A stretch of 37,252 bases of DNA from a virus. Its lineage: Duplodnaviria; Heunggongvirae; Uroviricota; Caudoviricetes. The position numbers and the translations under genes were made by a program. The stretch covers positions 1-37,252 of IMG/VR virus record IMGVR_UViG_2563366981_000002; one strand, written 5' to 3'. The notes under the pieces are model-generated. The model ran no database searches. It saw nothing but the letters and a program-made list of their open reading frames with translations, and had not been told where the DNA came from. This document shows, one piece after another, positions 16,081 to 26,122 of the stretch. Position 1 is the first letter of the stretch. The number at the start of each line of letters is the position of its first letter.

Positions 16081-17139
16081 ATGAAGAAGAATACCCGCTT
16101 TGCTTTTAACGCTTACCTGCAGCAGCTGGCGCGTCTGAACGGTGTGGCAGTTGAAGAACTGTCCAGCAAGTTCACCGTGGAGCCGTCTGTACAGCAGACG
16201 CTGGAAGACCAGATCCAGCAGTCCGCCGCTTTCCTGACGCTGATTAACGTCACGCCAGTGACTGAGCAGTCCGGTCAGCTGCTGGGGTTGGGTGTTGGTA
16301 GCACCATTGCCGGAACCACTGACACCACCGCGAAAGAGCGTGAACCTGTCGATCCTACGCTGATGGTCGATGTGGAATACAAATGCGAGCAGACCAACTT
16401 TGACACGGTACTGACCTACGCGAAGCTGGACCTGTGGGCGAAGTTTCAGGATTTCCAGGTGCGTATCCGTGACGCCATCGTGAAACGTCAGGCACTGGAC
16501 CGCATCATGATCGGCTTTAACGGCGTGAAGCGTGCGAAAACCTCCAACCGTAGCGAAAACCCGCTGCTGCAGGATGTGAACAAAGGCTGGTTGCAGAAAA
16601 TCCGTGAGGATGCACCGGATCACGTCATGGGCAGCACCACCACGGGCGGTGAAACCACACCGGGCGCGGTGAAAGTCGGAAAAGGTGGCGAATATGCCAA
16701 CCTGGACGCCGTAGTGATGGATGCCGTCAATGAGCTTATCGACGTGGTCTACCAGGACGATGACGATCTGGTGGTGATTTGCGGTCGTGAGCTGCTATCT
16801 GACAAGTATTTCCCGCTGGTCAACAAAGAGCAGGAAAACAGTGAAAAACTGGCTGCCGATATGATCATCAGTCAGAAACGCATGGGAGGCCTGCAGGCCG
16901 TGCGTGCGCCGTTCTTCCCGCCGAATGCGCTGCTGATCACCCGTCTGGATAACCTGTCCATCTACTGGCAGGAAGACACCCGCCGCCGTTCAGTTATCGA
17001 CAACCCGAAACGTGACCGGATTGAAAACTTTGAATCCGTTAACGAAGCCTATGTGGTTGAGGACTACCGCTGCGCCGCACTGGTGGAAAACATCCAGATT
17101 GGCGATTTCAGCGCCGCCGCAGCAGAAACCGGAGAGTAA
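16081..17139 (+). CDS. N: major capsid protein
   Basis: 352 aa; position and size match P2 gpN. Confidence 0.9.
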   Translation: MKKNTRFAFNAYLQQLARLNGVAVEELSSKFTVEPSVQQTLEDQIQQSAAFLTLINVTPVTEQSGQLLGLGVGSTIAGTTDTTAKEREPVDPTLMVDVEYKCEQTNFDTVLTYAKLDLWAKFQDFQVRIRDAIVKRQALDRIMIGFNGVKRAKTSNRSENPLLQDVNKGWLQKIREDAPDHVMGSTTTGGETTPGAVKVGKGGEYANLDAVVMDAVNELIDVVYQDDDDLVVICGRELLSDKYFPLVNKEQENSEKLAADMIISQKRMGGLQAVRAPFFPPNALLITRLDNLSIYWQEDTRRRSVIDNPKRDRIENFESVNEAYVVEDYRCAALVENIQIGDFSAAAAETGE

Positions 17140-17142
17140 TCC

Positions 17143-17793
17143 ATGAGCCTGAGTCCCGCACGGCAGCATCGCCTGCGCGTTCAGGCTGAACAGGCCGCCC
17201 GCGAGGGCGGCAGTGTTCGCCACGCATCGGGCTATGACCTGATGCTGCTGCAACTGGCGGAAGACCGCCGCCGTCTCAAGGGCGTTCAGTCCACGGTCAA
17301 AAAAGCGGAAATCAAGGTGGAGCTGCTGCCGAAGTACGCCGCCTGGGTAGAGGGTGTCCTGGCTGCCGGAGGCGCTCAACAGGATGACGTGCTGATGTAC
17401 GTGATGCTGTGGCGCATTGATGCCGGAGATTATGCCGGGGCGCTGGAGATCGGGCGTCATGCCCTGCGTCATGGCTGGGTGATGCCGCTGGGTAACCGCA
17501 ACGTGCAGACCGTGCTGGCAGAGGAAATGGCAGACGCCGCGCAGAGCGCAATGCTTGCCGCCACCGGCTTTGATGCCGATCTGTTGCTGCAGACGCTGGA
17601 GCTGACAGACGGTCTGGATATGCCGGACCAGTCACGGGCGCGTCTGCATAAAGCGATTGGCGCTGTCCTGAGTGAAAGCAATCCGGCTTTCGCCCTTAAT
17701 CATCTCAACCATGCGTTACAGCTCGATCCCCGCTGTGGCGTGAAAAAAGACAAACAGCAGCTGGAGCGCAGACTGCGCAATGACAGCCGCTGA
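17143..17793 (+). CDS. M: terminase small subunit / endonuclease
   Basis: 216 aa following the capsid gene; P2 gpM position. Confidence 0.8.
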   Translation: MSLSPARQHRLRVQAEQAAREGGSVRHASGYDLMLLQLAEDRRRLKGVQSTVKKAEIKVELLPKYAAWVEGVLAAGGAQQDDVLMYVMLWRIDAGDYAGALEIGRHALRHGWVMPLGNRNVQTVLAEEMADAAQSAMLAATGFDADLLLQTLELTDGLDMPDQSRARLHKAIGAVLSESNPAFALNHLNHALQLDPRCGVKKDKQQLERRLRNDSR

Positions 17794-17888
17794 CAGAACG
17801 TGCCCCCGCGCACGGGCGGCACGGGGTGGCGAAAGGCACTACCACATCAAAACCCCGTCCACCGCCCTCTATTTCAGGAGAAAGCAGC

Positions 17889-18353
17889 ATGAAGTTTGTT
17901 GCGCCAGAACAGGCACCGGAACAGGCGGAAATCATCAGAAATACGCCGTTCTGGCCTGATGTGGACCTGTCGGAGTTTCGCAGCGTGATGCGCACTGACG
18001 GCACGGTGACGCAGCCGCGTTTAAAGCAGGTTGCGCTGTCGGCAATTTCGGAGGTCAACGCAGAGCTGTATGAGTTTCGCAGACGTCAGCAGATGCTGGG
18101 GTATGCCTCGCTGGCTGAGGTTCCGGCTGAACAGCTGGACGGCAAAAGTGAGCGCATTCATCACTATTTCAACGCGGTTTACTGCTGGGCACGCGCCATG
18201 CTCAACGAGCGTTATCAGGACTATGACGCCACGGCATCCGGTGTGAAGCGGGGCGAGGAACTGGCGGAAGCCAGCGGTGATTTATGGCGTGACGCCCGCT
18301 GGGCCATCAGCCGGGTGCAGGATGCGCCGCACTGCACAGTGGAGCTTATCTGA
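17889..18353 (+). CDS. L: head completion protein
   Basis: Internal ATG with GGAGAAAG-region RBS; P2 gpL position. Confidence 0.75.
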   Translation: MKFVAPEQAPEQAEIIRNTPFWPDVDLSEFRSVMRTDGTVTQPRLKQVALSAISEVNAELYEFRRRQQMLGYASLAEVPAEQLDGKSERIHHYFNAVYCWARAMLNERYQDYDATASGVKRGEELAEASGDLWRDARWAISRVQDAPHCTVELI

Positions 18354-18556
18354 TGAAAGTGCGTGCGTATCAGTATGACACGGTGGACGCGCTTTGCTGG
18401 CGTCATTACGGGCGCACGCAGGGTGTCACGGAGCAGGTACTGAAGGCAAATCCGGGGCTTGCCGAATACGGCCCCTTTTTACCTCACGGGCTGCAGGTGG
18501 AGCTGCCGGACATTCCGACAACCACCACCGTGCAGACCGTCCAGCTATGGGACTGA
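18353..18556 (+). CDS. X: tail protein X
   Basis: 67-aa ORF at P2 gpX position; ATGA coupling. Confidence 0.75.
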   Translation: MKVRAYQYDTVDALCWRHYGRTQGVTEQVLKANPGLAEYGPFLPHGLQVELPDIPTTTTVQTVQLWD

Positions 18557-18559
18557 ATT

Positions 18560-18775
18560 ATGACGCTTGAGCGAATCAGCGCCTTTATCACGTACTGCAT
18601 CGCCGTCGTGCTGGCCTGGCTGGGCGATTTGTCCATCAAGGATGCCTCAACGCTGGGCGGCCTGATGATCGGTGTGCTGATGCTGGCTATCAACTGGTAC
18701 TACAAACACAAAGCCTACCAGCTTCTGCGCGACGGGCAGATCTCGCGGGAGGACTATGAATCCATCAATCGTTAA
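18560..18775 (+). CDS. Y: holin
   Basis: 71 aa with hydrophobic helices and charged C-terminus, immediately upstream of the endolysin. Confidence 0.75.
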   Translation: MTLERISAFITYCIAVVLAWLGDLSIKDASTLGGLMIGVLMLAINWYYKHKAYQLLRDGQISREDYESINR

Positions 18776-19268
18776 ACGCTGCCTTGTCGGGACCGTGCTG
18801 GCTATTGCTGCCACGCTGCCGGGTTTTCAGCAGCTTCACACCTCCGTGGAGGGGCTGAAACTGATTGCTGATTACGAAGGCTGTCGTCTGCAGCCGTATC
18901 AGTGCAGCGCGGGTGTCTGGACCGACGGCATTGGTAATACATCGGGCGTCATCCCGGGCAAAACCATTACGGAACGACAGGCAGCGGAAGGGCTGATCTC
19001 CAACGTGCTGCGTGTGGAGCGGGCGCTGGAAAGGTGTGTGAAGCAACAGCCGCCGCAGAAGGTGTATGACGCTGCGGTGTCGTTTGCCTTCAACGTGGGA
19101 ACGGGAAATGCCTGCAGTTCCACACTGGTGAAATTACTCAATCAGCGGCGCTGGGCAGATGCGTGCCGACAGTTGCCGCGCTGGGTTTATGTGAAAGGTG
19201 TTTTTAATCAGGGGCTGGATAACCGCCGTGCGCGGGAGATGGCCTGGTGCTTACAGGGAGCAAACTGA
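18756..19268 (+). CDS. K: endolysin (lysozyme-like), possibly SAR type
   Basis: Lysozyme-like catalytic region (…DYEGCRLQPYQCSAGVWTDGIGNT…); N-terminal hydrophobic segment CLVGTVLAIAATL suggests a signal-anchor-release domain. Confidence 0.8.
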   Translation: MNPSIVKRCLVGTVLAIAATLPGFQQLHTSVEGLKLIADYEGCRLQPYQCSAGVWTDGIGNTSGVIPGKTITERQAAEGLISNVLRVERALERCVKQQPPQKVYDAAVSFAFNVGTGNACSSTLVKLLNQRRWADACRQLPRWVYVKGVFNQGLDNRRAREMAWCLQGAN

Positions 19269-19269
19269 A

Positions 19270-19647
19270 ATGAAAAAGAAATTAATCAGCGGACTGTTTC
19301 TGATGTTATGGATGGCGCTGTTAATCGCAGCAATGGTGTATCCGCAGGGGATTTTTCCGGTACTGGCAGCGTCCGGCGTTTGGGTAGCCTGTTTGCTGAC
19401 ATGGGCGGTAATTCCGGTAGCACTGGCTGCGTTAATTAAGAATGGCCCGCTCTGGCAGGAGTTAAGGGCATCTTTGCTGAAGACAATTACCCGAAAAGAA
19501 AACGTATTTACCAGTTGGGTGATGCGATTGCTGATTGTTGTAAGTCTCGCCTGGACGGGGTGGGCTATTACCCTGGTCTTTTATCTACTGACCGTTATTG
19601 CCTTCTGGATCACCCGTAATCAGATGGCGCAACAGGTAGCAGCATGA
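19270..19647 (+). CDS. lysA: lysis accessory membrane protein (LysA-like)
   Basis: 125-aa multi-TM protein after the endolysin. Confidence 0.6.
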   Translation: MKKKLISGLFLMLWMALLIAAMVYPQGIFPVLAASGVWVACLLTWAVIPVALAALIKNGPLWQELRASLLKTITRKENVFTSWVMRLLIVVSLAWTGWAITLVFYLLTVIAFWITRNQMAQQVAA

Positions 19648-20072
19648 ACCGGTTGCTGCTGGTTGTGCTGGCGTTATTACTGGCGGCGCTGGGCTGGCAG
19701 ACGTGGCGGCTGGCTGATGCCAGCCAGACCATCAGCACGCAGGCAGACGAGCTGCAGAGCAAAAGCCAGGCACTGGCAAAGAGCAATAGCCAGCTTATCA
19801 GCCTGTCCATTCTGACTGAAACCAATAACCGGGAGCAGGCGCGGCTCTATGCCGAAGCAGAACAGACCAGTGTACTGCTGAGACAACGACAACACCGGAT
19901 TGAGGAACTGAAACGTGAGAACGAGGATTTACGCCGCTGGGCTGATACACCTTTGCCTGCTGACATTATCCGGCTGCGGGAACGCCCCACACTCACCGGA
20001 GGTGCAGCTTACCGTCAGTGGTTGTCCGCGAGTGACGCCGTGTCGGCTGGGACAGGCAGCGCCGCGCACTAA
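19644..20072 (+). CDS. lysB: inner-membrane spanin (LysB / Rz-like)
   Basis: N-terminal TM segment then coiled-coil-rich periplasmic domain; contains a nested ORF. Confidence 0.65.
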   Translation: MNRLLLVVLALLLAALGWQTWRLADASQTISTQADELQSKSQALAKSNSQLISLSILTETNNREQARLYAEAEQTSVLLRQRQHRIEELKRENEDLRRWADTPLPADIIRLRERPTLTGGAAYRQWLSASDAVSAGTGSAAH

Positions 20073-20205
20073 CGGTGGCCTGAACGCGTTGCTGGATGAA
20101 ACGGAGGCCGCCTGGGCGGTCTGTGCAGACAAAGTGGACATGATTATTGCGTGTCAGGAGCGAAACAGTGAACAAACCACAATCCCTGCGCCACGCCCTC
20201 AATAA
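19915..20205 (+). CDS. lysC: outer-membrane lipoprotein spanin (LysC / Rz1-like), out of frame within and beyond lysB
   Basis: GTG start with GAGGAA RBS; lipobox LTLSGC; Pro-rich. Confidence 0.6.
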   Translation: MRTRIYAAGLIHLCLLTLSGCGNAPHSPEVQLTVSGCPRVTPCRLGQAAPRTNGGLNALLDETEAAWAVCADKVDMIIACQERNSEQTTIPAPRPQ

Positions 20206-20599
20206 AGCGGTGCCTTATGTCCGCAATAACCCGGACAAACTGCATCTGTTTGTGGATAACGGTTCGCTGGTTGCCACGGGGGCCGGCTCCATGTCATGGG
20301 AGTACCGCTATACCCTGAACGTGGTGATAGAGGATTTCAGCGGCGACCAGAATCTGCTGATGGCCCCGGTTTTACTGTGGCTTCGGGATAACCAGCCCGA
20401 TGCCATCAATAACCCGGCGTTACGGGAAAAGCTATTCACCTTTGAGGTGGATATTTTGCGCAACGATGTCTGTGATATCAGCCTTAACCTGCAATTGACG
20501 GAACGTGTGCTGGTCAGTACTGACGGCAGTGTGTCGAGCGTTGAAGCTGTAGCAGAACCCGATGAACCTGAAGAAATGTGGACGGTGAAACGTGGCTGA
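20168..20599 (+). CDS. R: tail completion protein R
   Basis: ORF 20147-20599; GTG at 20168 preceded by AGGAG; exact start uncertain. Confidence 0.7.
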   Translation: MNKPQSLRHALNKAVPYVRNNPDKLHLFVDNGSLVATGAGSMSWEYRYTLNVVIEDFSGDQNLLMAPVLLWLRDNQPDAINNPALREKLFTFEVDILRNDVCDISLNLQLTERVLVSTDGSVSSVEAVAEPDEPEEMWTVKRG

Positions 20600-21038
20600 A
20601 CTGCAGAAGGTGGACGACTGGCTGAGTGCCTTGCTGGCGAATCTGGAACCAGCCACGAGAAGCCGCATGATGCGCCAGCTGGCGCAGGAACTGCGCCGGA
20701 CACAACAGCAGAATATCAGGATGCAGCGCAATCCAGATGGCAGCAGTTATGAACCGCGCAGGGTAACAGCACGCAGCAAGAAAGGCCGCATCAAACGTCA
20801 GATGTTTGCAAAGTTGCGCACCACAAAATACCTGAAAACTGCCGCCAGCGCCGACTCTGCCAGCGTACAGTTTGAAGGCAAGGTGCAGCGTATTGCCCGT
20901 GTTCACCATTACGGCCTGCGTGATCGCGTCAGTCGCAAAGGACCGGAGGTCCGTTACGCAGAGCGCCGCCTGCTGGGTGTAAATGATGATGTTGAGGCAA
21001 TGACCCGCGACATGATTCTGCAATGGCTGGCGGGGTGA
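20592..21038 (+). CDS. S: tail completion protein S
   Basis: 148-aa ORF, GTG start overlapping the R stop. Confidence 0.75.
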   Translation: MAELQKVDDWLSALLANLEPATRSRMMRQLAQELRRTQQQNIRMQRNPDGSSYEPRRVTARSKKGRIKRQMFAKLRTTKYLKTAASADSASVQFEGKVQRIARVHHYGLRDRVSRKGPEVRYAERRLLGVNDDVEAMTRDMILQWLAG

Positions 21039-21042
21039 TCTT

Positions 21043-21060
21043 TGTATCAGCACTGATACA
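21043..21060. promoter_or_regulatory. Ogr-type late promoter dyad upstream of V
   Basis: TGT-N12-ACA (TGTATCAGCACTGATACA), itself a near-perfect palindrome. Confidence 0.55.
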
Positions 21061-21106
21061 AGTTGCAGCACTGCCGCCTTTCTTCCCCTGATGGCAACCT
21101 TTCCCT

Positions 21107-21685
21107 ATGAACGCACAATTAACCGAAATCATGCGCCTTATCACCAACCTGATCCGCACTGGTGTAGTCACCGAAGTGGACCGGGAACACTGGCTTTGCC
21201 GGGTGAAAACGGGCGACCTTGAAACCAACTGGATTAACTGGCTGACGCTGCGCGCGGGTAATGCCCGCACATGGTGGAAACCATCGGAAGGTGAGCAGGT
21301 GGTGCTACTGAGTCTGGGCGGCAATCTGGAGACGGCCTTTGCGCTGCCCGCTGTCTATTCGAATCAGTTCGCACCACCGTCGACGTCGGCGGACGCCTGC
21401 GTGACAGAACATCCTGACGGTGGCTGGTTTGAATACGAACCCGCCAGTGGGCGCTGGTATGTCAGGGGCATCAAATCAATGGTCATTGAGGCCGCTGACA
21501 ACATCACCATGAAAACCAGTGAGTTTGTACTGGAGGCTGACCGCACGCGCATTAACAGCGAAGTGGTGATCAATGGTGGCGTTACCCAGGGCGGCGGAGC
21601 GATGAGTTCTAACGGGATCGTGGTTGATGCGCATCAGCATACTGGCGTCCTGAAAGGCGGCGATACCACCGGAGGTCCGGTATGA
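21107..21685 (+). CDS. V: baseplate spike / assembly protein V
   Basis: 192 aa, first gene after the late promoter dyad. Confidence 0.8.
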   Translation: MNAQLTEIMRLITNLIRTGVVTEVDREHWLCRVKTGDLETNWINWLTLRAGNARTWWKPSEGEQVVLLSLGGNLETAFALPAVYSNQFAPPSTSADACVTEHPDGGWFEYEPASGRWYVRGIKSMVIEAADNITMKTSEFVLEADRTRINSEVVINGGVTQGGGAMSSNGIVVDAHQHTGVLKGGDTTGGPV

Positions 21686-22041
21686 CGCTTTATAGCGGGA
21701 TGAACAATACCAGCGGTAAAGCTATTACTGATATTGACCATCTGCGCCAGTCGGTGCGGGACATTCTGCTGACACCGCAGGGTAGCCGCATTGCCCGCCG
21801 GGAATATGGTTCCCTGCTGTCGGCTTTAATAGATCAGCCACAAAATCCGGCGTTACGCCTGCAGGTCATGTCGGCTGTGTATGTGGCACTGAGTCGCTGG
21901 GAGCCACGGCTGACGCTGGATTCCATCACCATCAACAGCAATTTTGACGGTTCAATGGTGGTGGAGCTGACCGGGCGGCGGAATAACGGTGTGCCTGTGT
22001 CCCTTTCCGTATCAACAGGAGCAGAGAATGGCAGTGATTGA
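21682..22041 (+). CDS. W: baseplate protein W
   Basis: 119 aa; ATGA overlap with V. Confidence 0.8.
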   Translation: MTLYSGMNNTSGKAITDIDHLRQSVRDILLTPQGSRIARREYGSLLSALIDQPQNPALRLQVMSAVYVALSRWEPRLTLDSITINSNFDGSMVVELTGRRNNGVPVSLSVSTGAENGSD

Positions 22042-22936
22042 CCTTTCGCAGTTGCCTGCGCCGCAGATTGTGGATGTGCCGGACTTTGAGACGCTGCTTG
22101 CCGAACGCAAGGCAGAATTTGTGGCGCTTCATCCGAAAGATGAGCAGGAGGCTGTGATCCGCACGCTGGAACTGGAATCTGAACCCGTCACCAAATTGCT
22201 GCAGGAGAACGCTTACCGTGAGTTGCTTCTGCGCCAGCGCATTAACGAAGCCGCGCAGGCGGTGATGGTGGCTTACGCGATGGGCGGCGATCTGGACCAG
22301 CTCGCTGCCAACTACAACGTGAAACGCCTGACGGTGACGCCTGCTGATGATGACGCTGTGCCGCCCGTTGCAGCTGTGATGGAAAGCGATGAAGCGTTAC
22401 GCCTGCGTGTGCCTGCAGCCTTTGAGGGGCTTTCAGTTGCGGGGCCAACTGCAGCTTATGAATTTCATGCCCGAAGCGCCGACGGTCGGGTGGCGGATGC
22501 CAGTGCAACCAGTCCGGCACCTGCAGAGGTGGTGCTGACAGTCCTTAGCCGCGAAGGCGACGGAACAGCAGAAAAAGACCTGCTGGATGTGGTGGAAAAA
22601 GCCCTGAACAGTGAGAACGTCCGCCCGGTGGCTGACCGTCTGACGGTTCGCAGTGCAGAAATCATCCCGTACCGTGTGGAAGCCACCATTTTTCTCTATC
22701 CGGGACCGGAAGCGGAGCCGGTAATGGCAGCGGCAAAAGCCAGCCTGCAGAAGTACATCGCCAGTCAGACGCGGCTTGGTCGGGATATTCGCCGTAGTGC
22801 CATTTTTGCCGCCCTGCATGTTGAGGGGGTTCAACGTGTGGAGCTGGCTTCACCGCTGGCGGATGTGGTCCTGAACAAAACACAGGCCGCATCATGTACG
22901 CAGTGGAGCGTAACCAACGGAGGAACGGATGAATAG
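22028..22936 (+). CDS. J: baseplate protein J
   Basis: Internal ATG at 22028 (MAVIDLSQLPAPQIV) with GGAG RBS. Confidence 0.85.
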   Translation: MAVIDLSQLPAPQIVDVPDFETLLAERKAEFVALHPKDEQEAVIRTLELESEPVTKLLQENAYRELLLRQRINEAAQAVMVAYAMGGDLDQLAANYNVKRLTVTPADDDAVPPVAAVMESDEALRLRVPAAFEGLSVAGPTAAYEFHARSADGRVADASATSPAPAEVVLTVLSREGDGTAEKDLLDVVEKALNSENVRPVADRLTVRSAEIIPYRVEATIFLYPGPEAEPVMAAAKASLQKYIASQTRLGRDIRRSAIFAALHVEGVQRVELASPLADVVLNKTQAASCTQWSVTNGGTDE

Positions 22937-23534
22937 TCTGCTGCCACCGGGTTCAACTTCACTGGAGCGCCGACTGGCGCAAACCTGCAGCGGGATTTCT
23001 GATCTGCAGGTGCCGCTTCGTGACTTGTGGAATCCGGCAACCTGTCCGGTCAGTTTCCTGCCTTATCTCGCCTGGGCGTTCTCTGTGGATCGCTGGGACG
23101 AGGGCTGGACAGAAAGCGTCAAACGCCAGGTAGTGAAGGATGCTTTTTATATTCATCAGCACAAAGGAACCACCAGTGCCGTACGGCGGGTGGTGGAGCC
23201 GTTCGGCTTCCTGATCCGCATTATTGAGTGGTGGCAGACCGGAGAAACACCGGGCACGTTTCGCCTGGATATCGGCGTGCAGGACCAGGGCATCACTGAA
23301 GATACCTATCTGGAACTTGAGCGGCTGATAAGCGATGCCAAACCATGTAGCCGTCACATGATCGGCATGTCCATCAATCTGCAGACCAGCGGTCCGCATT
23401 GGGTGGGGGCCGCCAGCTATCTTGGCGAAGAAATCACGATCTATCCGTATATCAACGAAACAATTATTTCCGGCGGCACCGCGCATGAAGGCGGGGCGGT
23501 CCATGTTATTGACACAATGAGAGTGAATCCATGA
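22929..23534 (+). CDS. I: baseplate protein I
   Basis: 201 aa following J. Confidence 0.8.
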   Translation: MNSLLPPGSTSLERRLAQTCSGISDLQVPLRDLWNPATCPVSFLPYLAWAFSVDRWDEGWTESVKRQVVKDAFYIHQHKGTTSAVRRVVEPFGFLIRIIEWWQTGETPGTFRLDIGVQDQGITEDTYLELERLISDAKPCSRHMIGMSINLQTSGPHWVGAASYLGEEITIYPYINETIISGGTAHEGGAVHVIDTMRVNP

Positions 23535-25084
23535 GCACAAAATTTTATACCCTGCTGACGGATATTGGCGCGGCGAAACTTGCCAGCGCCGCCGCGCTCG
23601 GTGTGCCGCTAAAAATTACCCATATGGCGGTGGGCGATGGCGGCGGAGCATTGCCGACGCCGGACGCAAAGCAGACGGCACTGGTAAATGAGAAACGCCG
23701 GGCTGCGCTGAATATGCTCTATATCGACCCGCAGAACAGCAGCCAGATTATTGCTGAACAGGTGATCCCTGAAAATGAGGGTGGTTGGTGGATACGTGAA
23801 GTGGGTCTGTTTGATGAGTCTGGGGCATTGATTGCCGTGGGCAACTGCCCGGAAAGCTATAAGCCGCAACTGGCTGAAGGCAGCGGGCGTACCCAGACCG
23901 TGCGCATGGTGCTGATTACCAGCAGCACGGACAATATCACCCTGAAAATCGACCCTGCTGTAGTGCTGGCAACCCGCAAGTATGTGGATGACAAGGCACT
24001 GGAGCTGAAGGTGTACGTGGATGACCTGATGGCAAAACATCTTGCCGCGCCGGACCCGCATTCACAGTATGCACCCAAAGAAAGTCCAACGTTTACCGGA
24101 ACCCCCAAAGCGCCAACGCCAGCGGCGGGGAATAATACCACGCAGCTTGCGACCACCGCGTTTGTACAGGCGGCACTGACGGCCCTTATTAATGGTGCGC
24201 CAGCCACGCTGGACACGCTGAAAGAAATAGCCGCAGCCATTAACAATGATCCGAATTTCAGTACCACCATTAACAATGTGCTGGCACTAAAAGCACCGTT
24301 GTCGAGTCCGGCACTCACCGGAACGCCAACAGCCCCCACGGCGGCACAGTCGGTCAACAATACACAGATTGCCACTACGGCTTTTGTGAAATCGGCGATT
24401 GCGGCAATGGTGGGTTCTGCACCTGCGGCACTGGATACACTGAACGAACTGGCGGCGGCGCTGGGGAATGACCCGAACTTTGCCACGACAATGCTTAATG
24501 CACTGGCAGGTAAACAACCGCTGGACAATACGCTGACTAATTTGAGTGGAAAGGATGTAGCTGGTCTTCTCGCATACCTTGGTTTGGGAGAAGGCTCTGC
24601 ATTACCTGTTGGGGTGCCTGTTCCGTGGCCCTCAGCCACTCCGCCAACAGGCTGGCTGAAATGCAACGGTGCAGCTTTTTCTGCTGAAGAATACCCGGAA
24701 CTGGCAAAGGCTTACCCGACCAATAAATTGCCTGATTTACGCGGTGAATTTATTCGCGGCTGGGATGACGGGCGTGGAGTTGATTCGGGCCGAACTATAT
24801 TGAACTCTCAGGGAGATGCAATCAGAAATATCACGGGGACAATTGGTGCAAGGCATGAAATATCAGCACTGTATTTTTTTGGCAATGGCTCTGGTGCATT
24901 TTTTGGGAATGATGAGGGAATGTATGATTCCGTTGTGATAAAAGCTGAATCTACAGGTAAGTCATCAGTTTCTATGACAGATCGTCATATTTACGCTAAT
25001 TTGGATGTCTCAAGAGTTGTTCCTACAGCGACAGAAAACAGACCTCGTAATATTGCATTCAACTACATCGTGAGGGCGGCATAA
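23531..25084 (+). CDS. H: tail fibre protein, with variable C-terminal part inside the invertible segment
   Basis: N-terminus MSTKFYTLLTDIGAAKLASAAALGVPLKITHMAVGDGGG like P2 gpH; crossover site inside the ORF at 24567-24592. Confidence 0.85.
   Translation: MSTKFYTLLTDIGAAKLASAAALGVPLKITHMAVGDGGGALPTPDAKQTALVNEKRRAALNMLYIDPQNSSQIIAEQVIPENEGGWWIREVGLFDESGALIAVGNCPESYKPQLAEGSGRTQTVRMVLITSSTDNITLKIDPAVVLATRKYVDDKALELKVYVDDLMAKHLAAPDPHSQYAPKESPTFTGTPKAPTPAAGNNTTQLATTAFVQAALTALINGAPATLDTLKEIAAAINNDPNFSTTINNVLALKAPLSSPALTGTPTAPTAAQSVNNTQIATTAFVKSAIAAMVGSAPAALDTLNELAAALGNDPNFATTMLNALAGKQPLDNTLTNLSGKDVAGLLAYLGLGEGSALPVGVPVPWPSATPPTGWLKCNGAAFSAEEYPELAKAYPTNKLPDLRGEFIRGWDDGRGVDSGRTILNSQGDAIRNITGTIGARHEISALYFFGNGSGAFFGNDEGMYDSVVIKAESTGKSSVSMTDRHIYANLDVSRVVPTATENRPRNIAFNYIVRAA
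24567..24592. repeat. left recombination site of the tail-fibre invertible segment
   Basis: Contains TTGGTTTGGGAGAA, the exact inverted complement of part of the right site; encodes GLGE in H. Confidence 0.55.
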
Positions 25085-25701
25085 TGCGCGAGGATACCAT
25101 GAATACAGTCACACTGAATGAGGCCCTACTGGCGACTGTCGCGGGTGAAGTCGTCATATACAACTACGACAGCAAGACGCGGGAATATCTTTCCACATCA
25201 ACTGAATATCTTGCGGTTGGCGTCGGCATCCCGGCATGTTCTTGTTTAGATGCACCAGTTACACATAAAGCTGGTTATGCAATCTGCCGTTCTGCAGATT
25301 TTAACTCATGGGAATATGTGCCAGACCATCGCGGTGAAATCATCTATAGCACCGAAACAGGAGAATCGAAAGAAATCACAGCTCTGGGTGATTACCCTGA
25401 AAATACAACCACTATCGCCCCGTTAACGCCATATGATAAATGGGATGGTGAGAAATGGGTGACGAATACTGAGGCACAGCATAGCGCCGCAGTAGAAGCG
25501 GCAGAAGCACAGCGCCAGTCACTGATTGATGCAGCAATGGCTTCCATCAGTCTGATTCAACTGAAATTACAGGCCGGACGGAAGCTGACGCAGGCAGAAA
25601 CAACCCGTCTAAACGCTGTGCTGGATTACATTGATGCGGTGACGGCAACAGATACCAGAACCGCGCCGGATGTCATCTGGCCTGAACTGCCGGAGGCGTA
25701 G
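25084..25701 (+). CDS. G: tail fibre assembly protein (current orientation)
   Basis: 205-aa ORF, TAATG-coupled to H. Confidence 0.75.
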   Translation: MREDTMNTVTLNEALLATVAGEVVIYNYDSKTREYLSTSTEYLAVGVGIPACSCLDAPVTHKAGYAICRSADFNSWEYVPDHRGEIIYSTETGESKEITALGDYPENTTTIAPLTPYDKWDGEKWVTNTEAQHSAAVEAAEAQRQSLIDAAMASISLIQLKLQAGRKLTQAETTRLNAVLDYIDAVTATDTRTAPDVIWPELPEA

Positions 25702-26122
25702 GCCATTCAATATCTGGCGCACCGGAAGTATCGACCAGTTCTAGTGCGTCCAGATAATCCAGCCACAAATTATATTGCGCCAGTTCCTCACCTTTCAGGC
25801 GACCAATCGCCGCTTTACCAGGCCATTGCTTACTGTTTATGTATTCGTTGACCTGATTAATCAATTGCTGCTTTTCCAATTCGGCTGCGGCAATTTGTTC
25901 CTCATGAGTTGGCGGTGGAATATCAATCCATGCAGGCATTCCGTCGATGACACCTCTGTATTTTCCTTCTGGTGCTTCCTTCATAAATTCGGCAGCAACA
26001 GTGTCGTCAATTTTGATTCCATCATCGGGCCATTCGCCGGATTCCTGATAAGCGATTTTAAGCTCCACAGGGAAAAACGCATTTTTATCGGCACTGAAAA
26101 TATATTTCTGCATTTCTACCAT
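25673..26122 (-). CDS. alternative tail fibre assembly protein (inverted cassette)
   Basis: 149-aa minus-strand ORF with the same W-rich C-terminal motif as the plus-strand assembly protein. Confidence 0.7.
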   Translation of the reverse strand: MVEMQKYIFSADKNAFFPVELKIAYQESGEWPDDGIKIDDTVAAEFMKEAPEGKYRGVIDGMPAWIDIPPPTHEEQIAAAELEKQQLINQVNEYINSKQWPGKAAIGRLKGEELAQYNLWLDYLDALELVDTSGAPDIEWPTPPAVQAR

